64,000 nucleotides of DNA from Candidatus Aenigmatarchaeota archaeon (lineage in GTDB: Archaea > Aenigmatarchaeota > Aenigmatarchaeia > CG10238-14 > SCSR01): positions 672,609-736,608 of the forward strand of contig JAVZHQ010000001.1 of NCBI GenBank assembly GCA_038998335.1, written 5' to 3'. The notes beneath the pieces are model-generated. The model worked only from the letters and a program-made list of their open reading frames with translations. It did no database searches and had not been told where the DNA came from. Made by a program: the position numbers and the translations under genes. Shown here one piece after another: positions 8,715-17,444 of the stretch. The stretch's first letter is position 1; the number at the start of each line of letters is the position of its first letter.

Positions 8715-9690
8715 TCAAAATAATCCGATTATCATAAGAATAGTAAAATACGACATTTTTACCGTTTCTCGCTATTACCGAATTTTCACATTTTTTGCAT
8801 GGAGTTTGTGTTAATTTAGTTTTATCAACTGGTATGACAACAAATTTATTTAGGAAATTACCACAAACTTCATATTGGCAGTCGATTTTATAACCTGCAA
8901 ACTCTTTATCAAAATAATAAAGTAGTGTTAAATTTGCTCCTTCGCAGAAAGAGGATACCTCTACATATTTATTAAATTCTAAATTATCTATCGGACAATT
9001 AAAAACTTTTCTAAAAGATAATTCAGCTCTATCTTTTTCTTGAAGATTGTCTATCAAGATAGGTGGATATAAAGAATAGGTACCCATGTCTACCCATATC
9101 TTATAATTTCCATCAGTACACTTTACAACCAAGACAATAGTTGTAAAGTTTTTAATGTATGAGGAAAAATCGATAGAATGATTTTTAATTTCACAAGTAG
9201 AAAAAGATGGATATTTTTCTTTTATCTCTCTAAAAAGATAATCTAAAAAATTACTTTCTGAAACTTTTTTAAGCAAATTTGATTGGAAATCAAAAATAAA
9301 TGTCTTCAATTTATTTTCATAGACGCAATAAAATGATAATTGATATTCATTCTCGTATTCTTTTGAATCATAAAATTTACAATTTTCCAATTCTTCCCAT
9401 ACTTCTGGTTCTTCCCAAAGAAAGCTCCATCCATTCAGCTTGTAACTAATATTTCCACTTTTATACTCTGTATAGAAAGGCCTTCCGTTACAAACAAGCC
9501 AAAATTCACCATTATCGCCAAAACCATTTATTTTTTCTTTGACAATCTTACAAAATTCCAACTTTTCTTCAAGTAAATTTATCACTCTATTTCTAATATT
9601 ATTTGGAACTACTAAAAAGTACCAATAACAAATCACGATAATGACTATACCAAGTATTAAGAAAATCAAAGTTAATATCTTAATATTCAT
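8689..9690 (-). CDS. Hypothetical membrane-anchored protein
   Basis: 333-aa ORF with N-terminal TM. Confidence 0.6.
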   Translation of the reverse strand: MNIKILTLIFLILGIVIIVICYWYFLVVPNNIRNRVINLLEEKLEFCKIVKEKINGFGDNGEFWLVCNGRPFYTEYKSGNISYKLNGWSFLWEEPEVWEELENCKFYDSKEYENEYQLSFYCVYENKLKTFIFDFQSNLLKKVSESNFLDYLFREIKEKYPSFSTCEIKNHSIDFSSYIKNFTTIVLVVKCTDGNYKIWVDMGTYSLYPPILIDNLQEKDRAELSFRKVFNCPIDNLEFNKYVEVSSFCEGANLTLLYYFDKEFAGYKIDCQYEVCGNFLNKFVVIPVDKTKLTQTPCKKCENSVIARNGKNVVFYYSYDNRIILIGVKNEMV

Positions 9691-9774
9691 AATCCTTCAA
9701 TTTAATTTTTCATTTTTAGTCATATAAAAATTGCAGTTTTATAATTTCTCAAAACCAATTTTAAATTAGAGAAA

Positions 9775-11109
9775 ATGGCAAAATGCCCTTATTGTGGTTC
9801 AGAAAAAACCACATCTTACAAAACACCAGAAGGAGAAAAGGGTCATTATTGCTATGATTGCAAAAGAGAATTTAAAACTATAGGAGATAAAATTCTAACC
9901 GGAATTTTTAAAAAGAAAGAAACAAAAAAAGAAGGCGAGGAAGGAAAAAAGAAAGAGAAAAGAACTTCTATAATTCCTGCTTTGTTTCTTTTAGCTGCTC
10001 TTGTAATAACTTTTCTTGTTCCTCTTGACCATACAACAAAAACTCTTATTGTTGCAGCAATGGGTATATTTGTAATGGTGGTTTATGGTTTTTTCAGTCT
10101 TGCAAGCTTTGGGTTTATAATCTTAATAATTTACTTGGTTTTTAACTTGCCAGTAGTACATGCTGAACTTGAAAAATATGAAGTTTATGAGCATTTTAAA
10201 AGAATTCAGCAAGAGTTTTGCATAGGCACTTGCATTTTATCAAATGCTTTTTATACAAGAGCAGACCCAAGGGCTTATTGTGAATCTCAATGTGGAGTTG
10301 TTCAAATAAGTAAAGTAGCAGGAGCTTGCACAGAATGCTTAACTTATGAAAAGTATGAAAGAATATACCCTGCAAGAGAAGGTTCTTCTGAAATCGTTGA
10401 TATAAACTTGAAAATGGCAAAATCGAACACGATAGCAAAAAATGTTTGGGTTGAAGTCTTTACTGATAAAGAAAATTTACCTGCAGAAATAAGTAAATGC
10501 AGCTTTAGCGAAACTTGCGAGCTTAGAAGTGAGGAAGAAAAAAGAGTAATAGCTACTTTTAATGAGAATGATGTGAAATGTGAAGGCTCTTTTTTCAAGT
10601 ACAGAATAAAAGTTGGCTATGATTTTGAAACAAAATCAGACAACTCTTTTGATTTGGTAAAAGAGTTTACAGGAACTATAACTGAAATTAAAAGTCCATC
10701 CTCAGAAGGGCCTTTAAGCGTAAGTATAGGAGGGCAAAAATACTATGTAGTTGGAGAAGATGATTATGCCTATATTTCAATATATGTTTCAAACGAAGGA
10801 AAAGGTTCTGTTAAAATTAAAGAGATAAAAGTTTATCAAATTCCACCATACGGACAAGAAGAATTAAGCTTTACTTATGATTGTACAAAAGGCTATATTT
10901 TCAGTAAAGCCGATTACTATTATTCAGAAAAAACTTTAACTGTTAGTGGAACTATTTCTTCACTTGGAAAAAATGAAAAGGATGCTATAATTTGCAAGTT
11001 TTCACTTCCTAGCGACATTCCTTCTTCAAGGCTAACTTACAGTTTTAAAGCAGAAGTAAGTTATTCTTATGAGCTAGAGAATAGCTACAGTATACCATGC
11101 AAAAAATAG
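9775..11109 (+). CDS. Membrane protein with N-terminal Zn-ribbon and extracellular beta-rich domain
   Basis: CPYC...CYDC, about 3 TM, Cys-containing extracellular region. Confidence 0.65.
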   Translation: MAKCPYCGSEKTTSYKTPEGEKGHYCYDCKREFKTIGDKILTGIFKKKETKKEGEEGKKKEKRTSIIPALFLLAALVITFLVPLDHTTKTLIVAAMGIFVMVVYGFFSLASFGFIILIIYLVFNLPVVHAELEKYEVYEHFKRIQQEFCIGTCILSNAFYTRADPRAYCESQCGVVQISKVAGACTECLTYEKYERIYPAREGSSEIVDINLKMAKSNTIAKNVWVEVFTDKENLPAEISKCSFSETCELRSEEEKRVIATFNENDVKCEGSFFKYRIKVGYDFETKSDNSFDLVKEFTGTITEIKSPSSEGPLSVSIGGQKYYVVGEDDYAYISIYVSNEGKGSVKIKEIKVYQIPPYGQEELSFTYDCTKGYIFSKADYYYSEKTLTVSGTISSLGKNEKDAIICKFSLPSDIPSSRLTYSFKAEVSYSYELENSYSIPCKK

Positions 11110-11110
11110 T

Positions 11111-11494
11111 TTAGCAACCACAAGCTTGTGCACATTTTTGGTAATCGGTATAACCTGCATATCTACAAACCTCATCCATAGTAACTTTTCCGTCAATTTC
11201 GCCTAAAATACCATCTATACATCTCGTGTTTGGGATTAAAGCTAGAGGAACTGTGTAATTTACATTTGACTTACCGTCAGACTTGCAATTAGTTGACCAA
11301 GCTTTACATGCTGTTTTAAAGATTGTTTCAGGATCAGAACAAGGTGGACAGCATACGATGTACCACCACCAGATAGCCCCTATAAAGAAAACTAAACATA
11401 TAACAAAAATAAAACAATAGAAAATCTTAAGAATAGTTTTTACTCTGTTGTGCAAATGAAAAGGTGCTAACCTCCACAACATTTTTGTCGGCAA
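11111..11494 (-). CDS. Cys-rich pilin-like protein, paralogue of 11467..11781 (start uncertain)
   Basis: Shared CxDPE...AC..W...C...VP.ALIP.TRC.D...DGKVTM.E.C.YAG pattern. Confidence 0.7.
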   Translation of the reverse strand: MPTKMLWRLAPFHLHNRVKTILKIFYCFIFVICLVFFIGAIWWWYIVCCPPCSDPETIFKTACKAWSTNCKSDGKSNVNYTVPLALIPNTRCIDGILGEIDGKVTMDEVCRYAGYTDYQKCAQACGC

Positions 11495-11781
11495 TCTGAT
11501 ACTCCAGCATAACTACAGGCTTCTTCCATTGTTACCTTACCATCACCATCAATATCTACACATCTTGTGTCTGGAATTAAAGCTGGAGGAACTATGTAAT
11601 CAGCTGGGTTATCCTGACAGTGGGAAGTTGCCCAACCTCTACAGGCTTGGGTAATGACATACTCTGGATCAGGGCAATGTGGGAAAAACCACAGATACCA
11701 AACAACTACTGCAAGCAAAACAACTACTGCAATTATCAGAATCACAAGATATTCAACTGGTAAAGCAATTCCTTTGCTCAT
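11467..11781 (-). CDS. Class III signal peptide pilin-like protein
   Basis: MSKG^IALPVEYLVILIIAVVVLL; Cys-rich; DIDGDG motif. Confidence 0.8.
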   Translation of the reverse strand: MSKGIALPVEYLVILIIAVVVLLAVVVWYLWFFPHCPDPEYVITQACRGWATSHCQDNPADYIVPPALIPDTRCVDIDGDGKVTMEEACSYAGVSDCRQKCCGG

Positions 11782-11812
11782 AAAATAAATTTCGATTTTT
11801 TTATTCTTAAAG

Positions 11813-12277
11813 CTAAGCTTTTATTTCATAAGCTATCTCAGAAACAGTCTCGGCAGAAAAGTCAAGCATACCAGCTTGAGAATATTTTTCAGCGGAAAAT
11901 TTTAATCTTACGATAACTTTTGTCAAATCGGAATTGAAATCCAGAGAAATCTTTTCCAACTTAATTGAAGATTCTAATGGTATAGGATCAAAATTTTCGT
12001 TCAATCTTTCTAAAAAGGTTTGCCTTAAGCTATCATCGTTTTTCAAATCATCAAATGTTATGCCCATATCTGAAAGTGTTTTTTCAAAAGAAAACTTTAA
12101 AGCTTGTTTAGCGTTTAGCTTTGCAAACTCTATTTTATTTATAAGGTTGTAAACTCTAGAAACATAGTCAGAAAATTCGCATTCTTGGCTAAGCCTGCTT
12201 GCAAGGAAAAAATCAACTAAAACAAAAATTACTAGCACCACAACAAAACCAGCAAGATATTTTACGTATCCTTTCAT
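11813..12277 (-). CDS. Pilin-like protein
   Basis: MKG followed by hydrophobic helix. Confidence 0.6.
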   Translation of the reverse strand: MKGYVKYLAGFVVVLVIFVLVDFFLASRLSQECEFSDYVSRVYNLINKIEFAKLNAKQALKFSFEKTLSDMGITFDDLKNDDSLRQTFLERLNENFDPIPLESSIKLEKISLDFNSDLTKVIVRLKFSAEKYSQAGMLDFSAETVSEIAYEIKA

Positions 12278-12281
12278 TCTT

Positions 12282-12833
12282 TCACCCTGTAACCAAAATT
12301 ACTTTTAACTTTTGAAGGTTTGGTAAAGTTAAAGTAGTGTATGAAGAATACCTTCCACCAAACTGAAAGTAAGTTAGCATACTTCCAAGGTTGCAAGGGT
12401 TATACTCTTTAGTTTCTATTTCAGAATTGCCAAATTCAAGGATATTCTCCTCTTCGTTTCTCACAGCAAGGTAATAATCCCTATTCGGAATGATTGTTTC
12501 CATCTTGGTTCTAATTAATTCTTCTAAATCAATTTCATTATTATCAACAACAATTCTTTTACTTTTTTCAAGAGCACCATAAGCCAAAAGCTCTTGAACT
12601 TGCTTGTTTGTTTTTGTTTCAGTTGAACCTAAAAGAGTGAACAAAGCATGGTCTGAGGTTAAAGGGGTGTGAAGCGGGCTTAAAGTAACTTTAACTGTTA
12701 CTGGAGCATGTAACCAGCCGTGAGTAAGTCCGGAAACATACTGCCAGCCCCATAAAAAGTTTGGCAAAAGCATAAGTATTATGAAGCATGTTAGTACTAC
12801 TATCGCAAAAAGAATAGCCTCAGTTACAGCCAT
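12282..12833 (-). CDS. Pilin-like/minor pilin
   Basis: N-terminal hydrophobic helix within the pilin array. Confidence 0.55.
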   Translation of the reverse strand: MAVTEAILFAIVVLTCFIILMLLPNFLWGWQYVSGLTHGWLHAPVTVKVTLSPLHTPLTSDHALFTLLGSTETKTNKQVQELLAYGALEKSKRIVVDNNEIDLEELIRTKMETIIPNRDYYLAVRNEEENILEFGNSEIETKEYNPCNLGSMLTYFQFGGRYSSYTTLTLPNLQKLKVILVTG

Positions 12834-12837
12834 TCCT

Positions 12838-13269
12838 CTAATAAATTCCCACCTCCATTCTTCCTTCTACAAACTTATCAGGATATTTTATTAAAACAGG
12901 GTAGGATAAAGTATCTTCTATCTCAAAACCTTTTGAGCCTATAACCCAATGGCCGTTCTCACTGTCTGTAATTTCGACATAGAAGTTTTTCTTGAAAGAA
13001 ATGCTGCAGCTAGGATTTGAATCTAGTTTGCTTTTATCAAAAACTCCACGCCAGTTATTGCCGTTTTCCTTATAAACCAAGCATTCATGATTTAAAAGAT
13101 TCTCCATCAAATCTATAAGATATCTCGCATCTTCTCTTGCCTCAAAAGTTACTTGGTATTGCATAACCCCTAACAAACAGCCTAGAATTGTCATGGTCAG
13201 AAGAAGAAAAGAAATAACTTTAAGCATAACCTCTGGTGGAATTGAAACCTGACCTTTCAGGAAAGCCAA
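12838..13269 (-). CDS. Class III signal peptide pilin-like protein
   Basis: LKG^QVSIPPE plus hydrophobic helix. Confidence 0.7.
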   Translation of the reverse strand: MAFLKGQVSIPPEVMLKVISFLLLTMTILGCLLGVMQYQVTFEAREDARYLIDLMENLLNHECLVYKENGNNWRGVFDKSKLDSNPSCSISFKKNFYVEITDSENGHWVIGSKGFEIEDTLSYPVLIKYPDKFVEGRMEVGIY

Positions 13270-13715
13270 ATTTTATCACCTTCTTTTCTTGAACTAATAA
13301 AAAGGCCTTGCTCAGTGCAATATTTGTCAAACTTTTCAACGTTGATGTAATTCGGCTTAACTATAACAAAAGTAATTTCGGAAGTTTCCTTAATAATCAT
13401 TTCAGGACCTTCACCTTCCTCTGGCTCTATTTTCACTCCACCAGGAACTTTAAACTTTACTTTTTCTTCACTTATGTTAACAGTACATTTTGATAAACCT
13501 TTAACTCTAAATTCGAAAGAAAAGTTTCCATAAAAGCTTGAAGAAGCAGAAATTAAAGAGCTTAACCTTTGAGCGTTAGCCCTTGCATCGTAAAAACCCA
13601 TGCTTGTGGCTATTCCTACTCCACCGTAAAGAATAACATAAATCAAGACTAAAGCAACTATTATTCCGCCAATGAACATCATAAAATAGGTTGTGAATAA
13701 GGAACCTTTTACCAT
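13257..13715 (-). CDS. Class III signal peptide pilin-like protein (start revised to ATG 13715)
   Basis: MVKG^SLFTTYFMMFIGGIIVALVLIY; the longer ORF-track start overlaps the upstream gene. Confidence 0.7.
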   Translation of the reverse strand: MVKGSLFTTYFMMFIGGIIVALVLIYVILYGGVGIATSMGFYDARANAQRLSSLISASSSFYGNFSFEFRVKGLSKCTVNISEEKVKFKVPGGVKIEPEEGEGPEMIIKETSEITFVIVKPNYINVEKFDKYCTEQGLFISSRKEGDKIWLS

Positions 13716-15895
13716 GAGCATTCGCCAAAATTGCTTGCCCCCATTATATTTTGAGGAATGTAAGGATAGTTTACAACCAGGTCTCTTGTTACATCTATAA
13801 ATAACCTTACAGCATTTCCTAAGAATCCGCACACTGATTTTATCTTGTCGGCATCCGGCACTAGCCCAAGAGTTAAACATTTAACTATATCCATCCAATT
13901 TAAAGCTATTTCGGTAGGTAAGAATAAACTGCAAACTATAGCTGTAATGCAATCACCAAACCAAGCAGCAGCTTCTGCACCTACATAAAAATTAACAACT
14001 CCTTCTGTAGCATAGCAGTAATTCGGAACATCCTTAAACTCTTCTGGTTTTGTTTCGTCTGTGCAAAGAATCGGTTTGACATAAACAGTATCAGGCTCAT
14101 TACCACTAACATAAAGACGTAATTTTGCAAAGCAGGGACTTACCAAATAAAATCTGGGGTTTGATGCAACCACAGAATTTCTTTCTAATTTAATATTTTT
14201 AATTCCCCTTTCTTTGCAACTTTCTGGAAGAGGAAGTCTTGTGACATGATACCCTTTTTGCAAACAAATATAACCTTCTCCACAATAAGTTCCTGTTGTT
14301 GTATAATAAGAAATTTGTTTATCCCAATAAGTTGCACCTATAGGAGTATACATGTCTTGAAAACGAAGCCAAATATAGCCATAAGGTTCTAATTTTTCTT
14401 TTACACCTTCTACAAGATGGTATAAAGTTCCTTTTTTCGCATGAAAAAGATACTTTGCTTCTTTTGGGTCATTAGGTACTTCTTTAAGGTATTCCATAAA
14501 TTTATCACCAAGAACTTCATCAGAAGATAAACCATAATTTTTTATCAAACCTAAAAGTTTAGAATCCTTTGGCATAAGCAGAACACTTCCATCATCAGCC
14601 ATATGCCTTAGCTTTTCGGCAAATTCTATCATAAATTTTTGGGCCTCTTTTTTTGAAGTAACATCAACAGGAAGACCTTCTTTCATCATAGTCTCAACAA
14701 CTTCCCAAGATAATTCTTCATCGTATTTACCAACATACTCTAATTGATTGGCAAGAGTATGCAAACCTTTACCAGCCATAGCCTCGTCCCCAAAAGCTTC
14801 ACCAATTCTTGCTTTTAAAGAATTCCAACCTTCAGAAATTCTTTCCTTGATTCTTTGTCTTAAACTATTTTCGTCTATTTCTATATCCCCACTCTCTGTA
14901 AATATAACTCCGGCTAGATTTTCTGTCCCACCACGCTCTCCAGCTAATATGTATAAAGCATCTTTTACTTCCTTCCCTTCATTTGTACTGATATCAACAA
15001 CCCATTTAACTCCAACTTTTTTAACTTTACCTTGAGTCTGTAGGTCATACATTACACTTTCGAAACCTTCGTCTGCTGTTTCTTCATAAACTCTTGAAAA
15101 TTCTTCTGCAAGCTTCATTGACCTTGAAATTCTTGCTCTTTCAGCAAGTTTTGAAACAGCTTTTGGAATAATTATACTTGCTGTCCTTAAAGCTGGATAA
15201 ACCCATGCAGCATAATAAGCACATTCTCCCAAAGTTAAATCTGTTAATGAAAGACAAACTAATGTTGTAGCTATAGTAACTTCTGCAAAATGTTTAGCCT
15301 CTGTGATGATTACTTTTCCTGCTTTAACCACTATCTTACCAGAGTCTATTAATTTTTTAATTTTTTCATGAGCTACTTTAAAAGCTTCTATTCTTCCTGC
15401 TGCTTTTCCAAATGCATCTTTTATCTTGCTATAACCTGGGCTCATTCCTAGATATAGCATATCTATAGTAAGAGTTACCATCATGTTAGAAGTCCAGGGT
15501 GTGTCTTCTGACCAAGGAATAACCAAAGCTGAAATTGGATCTTGAACTCTTACATTATTAATATAAGTTTCCCACATAGACCATGAATACGAAGGAAATT
15601 CCTCATAATAAACATAAAAGTAAGGATCTGAACCTAAGTTTGCTCCTGAAATTCCTAAGAACTGATGAGTTAAACCTTTTAATCCTGTACTTTGGGCAAG
15701 CATAAAGTTTGTGTAGGCTTCGCCATTTTGACAAGCCAGATCTAAAGCATTGTAAAGTTTTGCAAAATTTTGATCTGCTATATTTTCATAGTAATTCTGA
15801 AAAAGGAATAGATAAATTGCAAAAGCTATTCCTATAGCTATTAACAAGCCTGCCAAAAACTTTAGCATTTGAGCACTTATAGTTAAACCTTTCAT
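13709..15895 (-). CDS. Large (about 728 aa) pilin-headed protein with central helical insert
   Basis: MKG^LTISAQMLKFLAGLLIAIGIAFAIYLF; Cys-rich C-terminal part. Confidence 0.7.
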   Translation of the reverse strand: MKGLTISAQMLKFLAGLLIAIGIAFAIYLFLFQNYYENIADQNFAKLYNALDLACQNGEAYTNFMLAQSTGLKGLTHQFLGISGANLGSDPYFYVYYEEFPSYSWSMWETYINNVRVQDPISALVIPWSEDTPWTSNMMVTLTIDMLYLGMSPGYSKIKDAFGKAAGRIEAFKVAHEKIKKLIDSGKIVVKAGKVIITEAKHFAEVTIATTLVCLSLTDLTLGECAYYAAWVYPALRTASIIIPKAVSKLAERARISRSMKLAEEFSRVYEETADEGFESVMYDLQTQGKVKKVGVKWVVDISTNEGKEVKDALYILAGERGGTENLAGVIFTESGDIEIDENSLRQRIKERISEGWNSLKARIGEAFGDEAMAGKGLHTLANQLEYVGKYDEELSWEVVETMMKEGLPVDVTSKKEAQKFMIEFAEKLRHMADDGSVLLMPKDSKLLGLIKNYGLSSDEVLGDKFMEYLKEVPNDPKEAKYLFHAKKGTLYHLVEGVKEKLEPYGYIWLRFQDMYTPIGATYWDKQISYYTTTGTYCGEGYICLQKGYHVTRLPLPESCKERGIKNIKLERNSVVASNPRFYLVSPCFAKLRLYVSGNEPDTVYVKPILCTDETKPEEFKDVPNYCYATEGVVNFYVGAEAAAWFGDCITAIVCSLFLPTEIALNWMDIVKCLTLGLVPDADKIKSVCGFLGNAVRLFIDVTRDLVVNYPYIPQNIMGASNFGECSW

Positions 15896-16200
15896 TTTAT
15901 ACAACCACAATGTCTAAAAAACTCTTCTGCACTATAGCCTGCATCACTTCTTATTTGATCTAAAGAACAACCATAAACATCGTTAATCATCTTTATATCA
16001 TCCTCATCCATATCACGATCATTATCAACATCGCATCCTCTGTTCCTCAATTCCAAACATCCTAACTCAACCAAAGAACCACAACCTGTTTGAGGAGGAA
16101 AAAGGTACAAATAAGCTATTATCGAAACCAAAACTATAAGAGCAACTATAACTATTACTGCAGTGTTTACAGGTAAACTAATCCCCTTGATTTCCACCAC
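15892..16200 (-). CDS. Class III signal peptide pilin-like protein
   Basis: IKG^ISLPVNTAVIVIVALIVLV; DVDNDRD acidic motif. Confidence 0.8.
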   Translation of the reverse strand: MVEIKGISLPVNTAVIVIVALIVLVSIIAYLYLFPPQTGCGSLVELGCLELRNRGCDVDNDRDMDEDDIKMINDVYGCSLDQIRSDAGYSAEEFFRHCGCIK

Positions 16201-16339
16201 CTTTTATCAAATCCCAGAACAGTTTTGTAAGATCTTCAGCCCATTTTTTTCCTGCGGTTAAGAAAATTAAAGCAACAAGAAGAATTATTGCAAAAGCTAC
16301 TATCATTACCACAACTTTAAAGCTTATTTTTCCTTTCAT
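16178..16339 (-). CDS. 53-aa mini-pilin (not in ORF track)
   Basis: MKGKISFKVVVMIVAFAIILLVALIFLTAGKKWAEDLTKLFWDLIKGGGNQGD. Confidence 0.75.
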   Translation of the reverse strand: MKGKISFKVVVMIVAFAIILLVALIFLTAGKKWAEDLTKLFWDLIKGGGNQGD

Positions 16340-16346
16340 CCTAATT

Positions 16347-16472
16347 CTACCCTGGTGGGTTATATCTCCACTCCCAAAAACTTGGAAGTCTTAAAACAAC
16401 AAAAACTATGACAAAAAGAATAATCGCTGCTATTATTATTCCAATTATCAGCCATAGCATATCCTCGTCCAT
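16347..16472 (-). CDS. 41-aa mini-pilin-like peptide (not in ORF track)
   Basis: MDEDMLWLIIGIIIAAIILFVIVFVVLRLPSFWEWRYNPPG fills the gap in the array. Confidence 0.65.
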   Translation of the reverse strand: MDEDMLWLIIGIIIAAIILFVIVFVVLRLPSFWEWRYNPPG

Positions 16473-16491
16473 TATAATCCTTAATTTTTAG

Positions 16492-16683
16492 CTACAACGT
16501 GCTACAATCAAAGTTCGGATCTGAAACTTTTCTTATAAGGCATTCTATATACTTCCCCACATTAAACAAATTGCTCAAAGCTTCAGCTCCGTAACCTCTC
16601 ACATAAAGTGCAAAAACTACAATTATTAACAAAATTATAACAGTAACTACTACTGCTATTATCACGTTCATCGGTAGTTCCAT
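16492..16683 (-). CDS. 63-aa pilin-like protein
   Basis: MELPMNVIIAVVVTVIILLIIVVF resembles a mature pilin N-terminus. Confidence 0.7.
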   Translation of the reverse strand: MELPMNVIIAVVVTVIILLIIVVFALYVRGYGAEALSNLFNVGKYIECLIRKVSDPNFDCSTL

Positions 16684-16692
16684 AATTAATAT

Positions 16693-16905
16693 TTATCCTC
16701 TTGTAAATATATCGCATACGCCTGCTATAGGGTTTCCCTTACCAAAAACTTGCTCAAAAACTTGTTTACAAAGAACAACAGCACCCTCAGCTAAATTTCT
16801 TCCTGTAACTAAACTAAAAACAAGAACTGAAACTATAATAATCGCAATAATTGCTACAATTATTCCTACTATAACCTTCCAGCTTAGTTGTATAGCTCCT
16901 TTCAT
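16693..16905 (-). CDS. 70-aa pilin-like protein
   Basis: MKG^AIQLSWKVIVGIIVAII. Confidence 0.8.
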   Translation of the reverse strand: MKGAIQLSWKVIVGIIVAIIAIIIVSVLVFSLVTGRNLAEGAVVLCKQVFEQVFGKGNPIAGVCDIFTRG

Positions 16906-16906
16906 T

Positions 16907-17086
16907 TTACTTCCTTTCCGTGATTTTTTTCCAAAGTTCTACTAAATCCCTAATCGTAATGTTTTTAAAAAAATTAACTATCTCGTCAGAAAGTCCTGTA
17001 GTAAAAAGCAAGATTATCAAAAAAGCAGCTATAGAAGCTATTATAATCAAAAGTACTTTCCAGTTAAGCTCTATTACACCTTTCAT
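16907..17086 (-). CDS. 59-aa pilin-like protein (start revised to ATG 17086)
   Basis: MKG^VIELNWKVLLIIIASIAAF. Confidence 0.8.
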   Translation of the reverse strand: MKGVIELNWKVLLIIIASIAAFLIILLFTTGLSDEIVNFFKNITIRDLVELWKKITERK

Positions 17087-17316
17087 TCTTATCCTTGCGG
17101 ACATTCTTGAAATATATCACAAATTCTAAGAGCACTTGCTCCATACCCCAAAAACTGCAACTTGCTAATCAAAAGCAAGCATCCTTCCCTTGCCCCTGCA
17201 CTCAAAGCACAAGTGTTAATCATTCCAAAAAGTATCAAAATAACTATTAGTAAGAGAATTATACCTGAAATTAAAAATACCAAGATTTTCCAGTTAAGCT
17301 CTATTACACCTTTCAT
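17057..17316. repeat. 30-bp exact direct repeat (17057-17086 and 17287-17316) encoding MKGVIELNWK
   Basis: tttccagttaagctctattacacctttcat occurs twice. Confidence 0.9.
17089..17316 (-). CDS. 75-aa pilin-like protein
   Basis: MKG^VIELNWKILVFLISGIILL. Confidence 0.8.
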   Translation of the reverse strand: MKGVIELNWKILVFLISGIILLLIVILILFGMINTCALSAGAREGCLLLISKLQFLGYGASALRICDIFQECPQG

Positions 17317-17444
17317 ACAAACTCAACTTTTATTGGAATTATTTTCATGTAAAAGACTGCGATGAAAACAAAAATTAAGATTATAGCCAAGCCTATAACT
17401 ATCCAAAGCAATGTTTGAACATGACTTTCTAACACACCTTTCAT
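17313..17444 (-). CDS. 43-aa mini-pilin (not in ORF track)
   Basis: MKGVLESHVQTLLWIVIGLAIILIFVFIAVFYMKIIPIKVEFV; ATGA-coupled to both neighbours. Confidence 0.75.
   Translation of the reverse strand: MKGVLESHVQTLLWIVIGLAIILIFVFIAVFYMKIIPIKVEFV

Noticed and set aside
16178..17444. CRISPR-like or DGR-like repeat array
   Set aside because: Repeats are coding pilin leaders; no regular repeat-spacer period, no reverse transcriptase, no adenine-specific variation.
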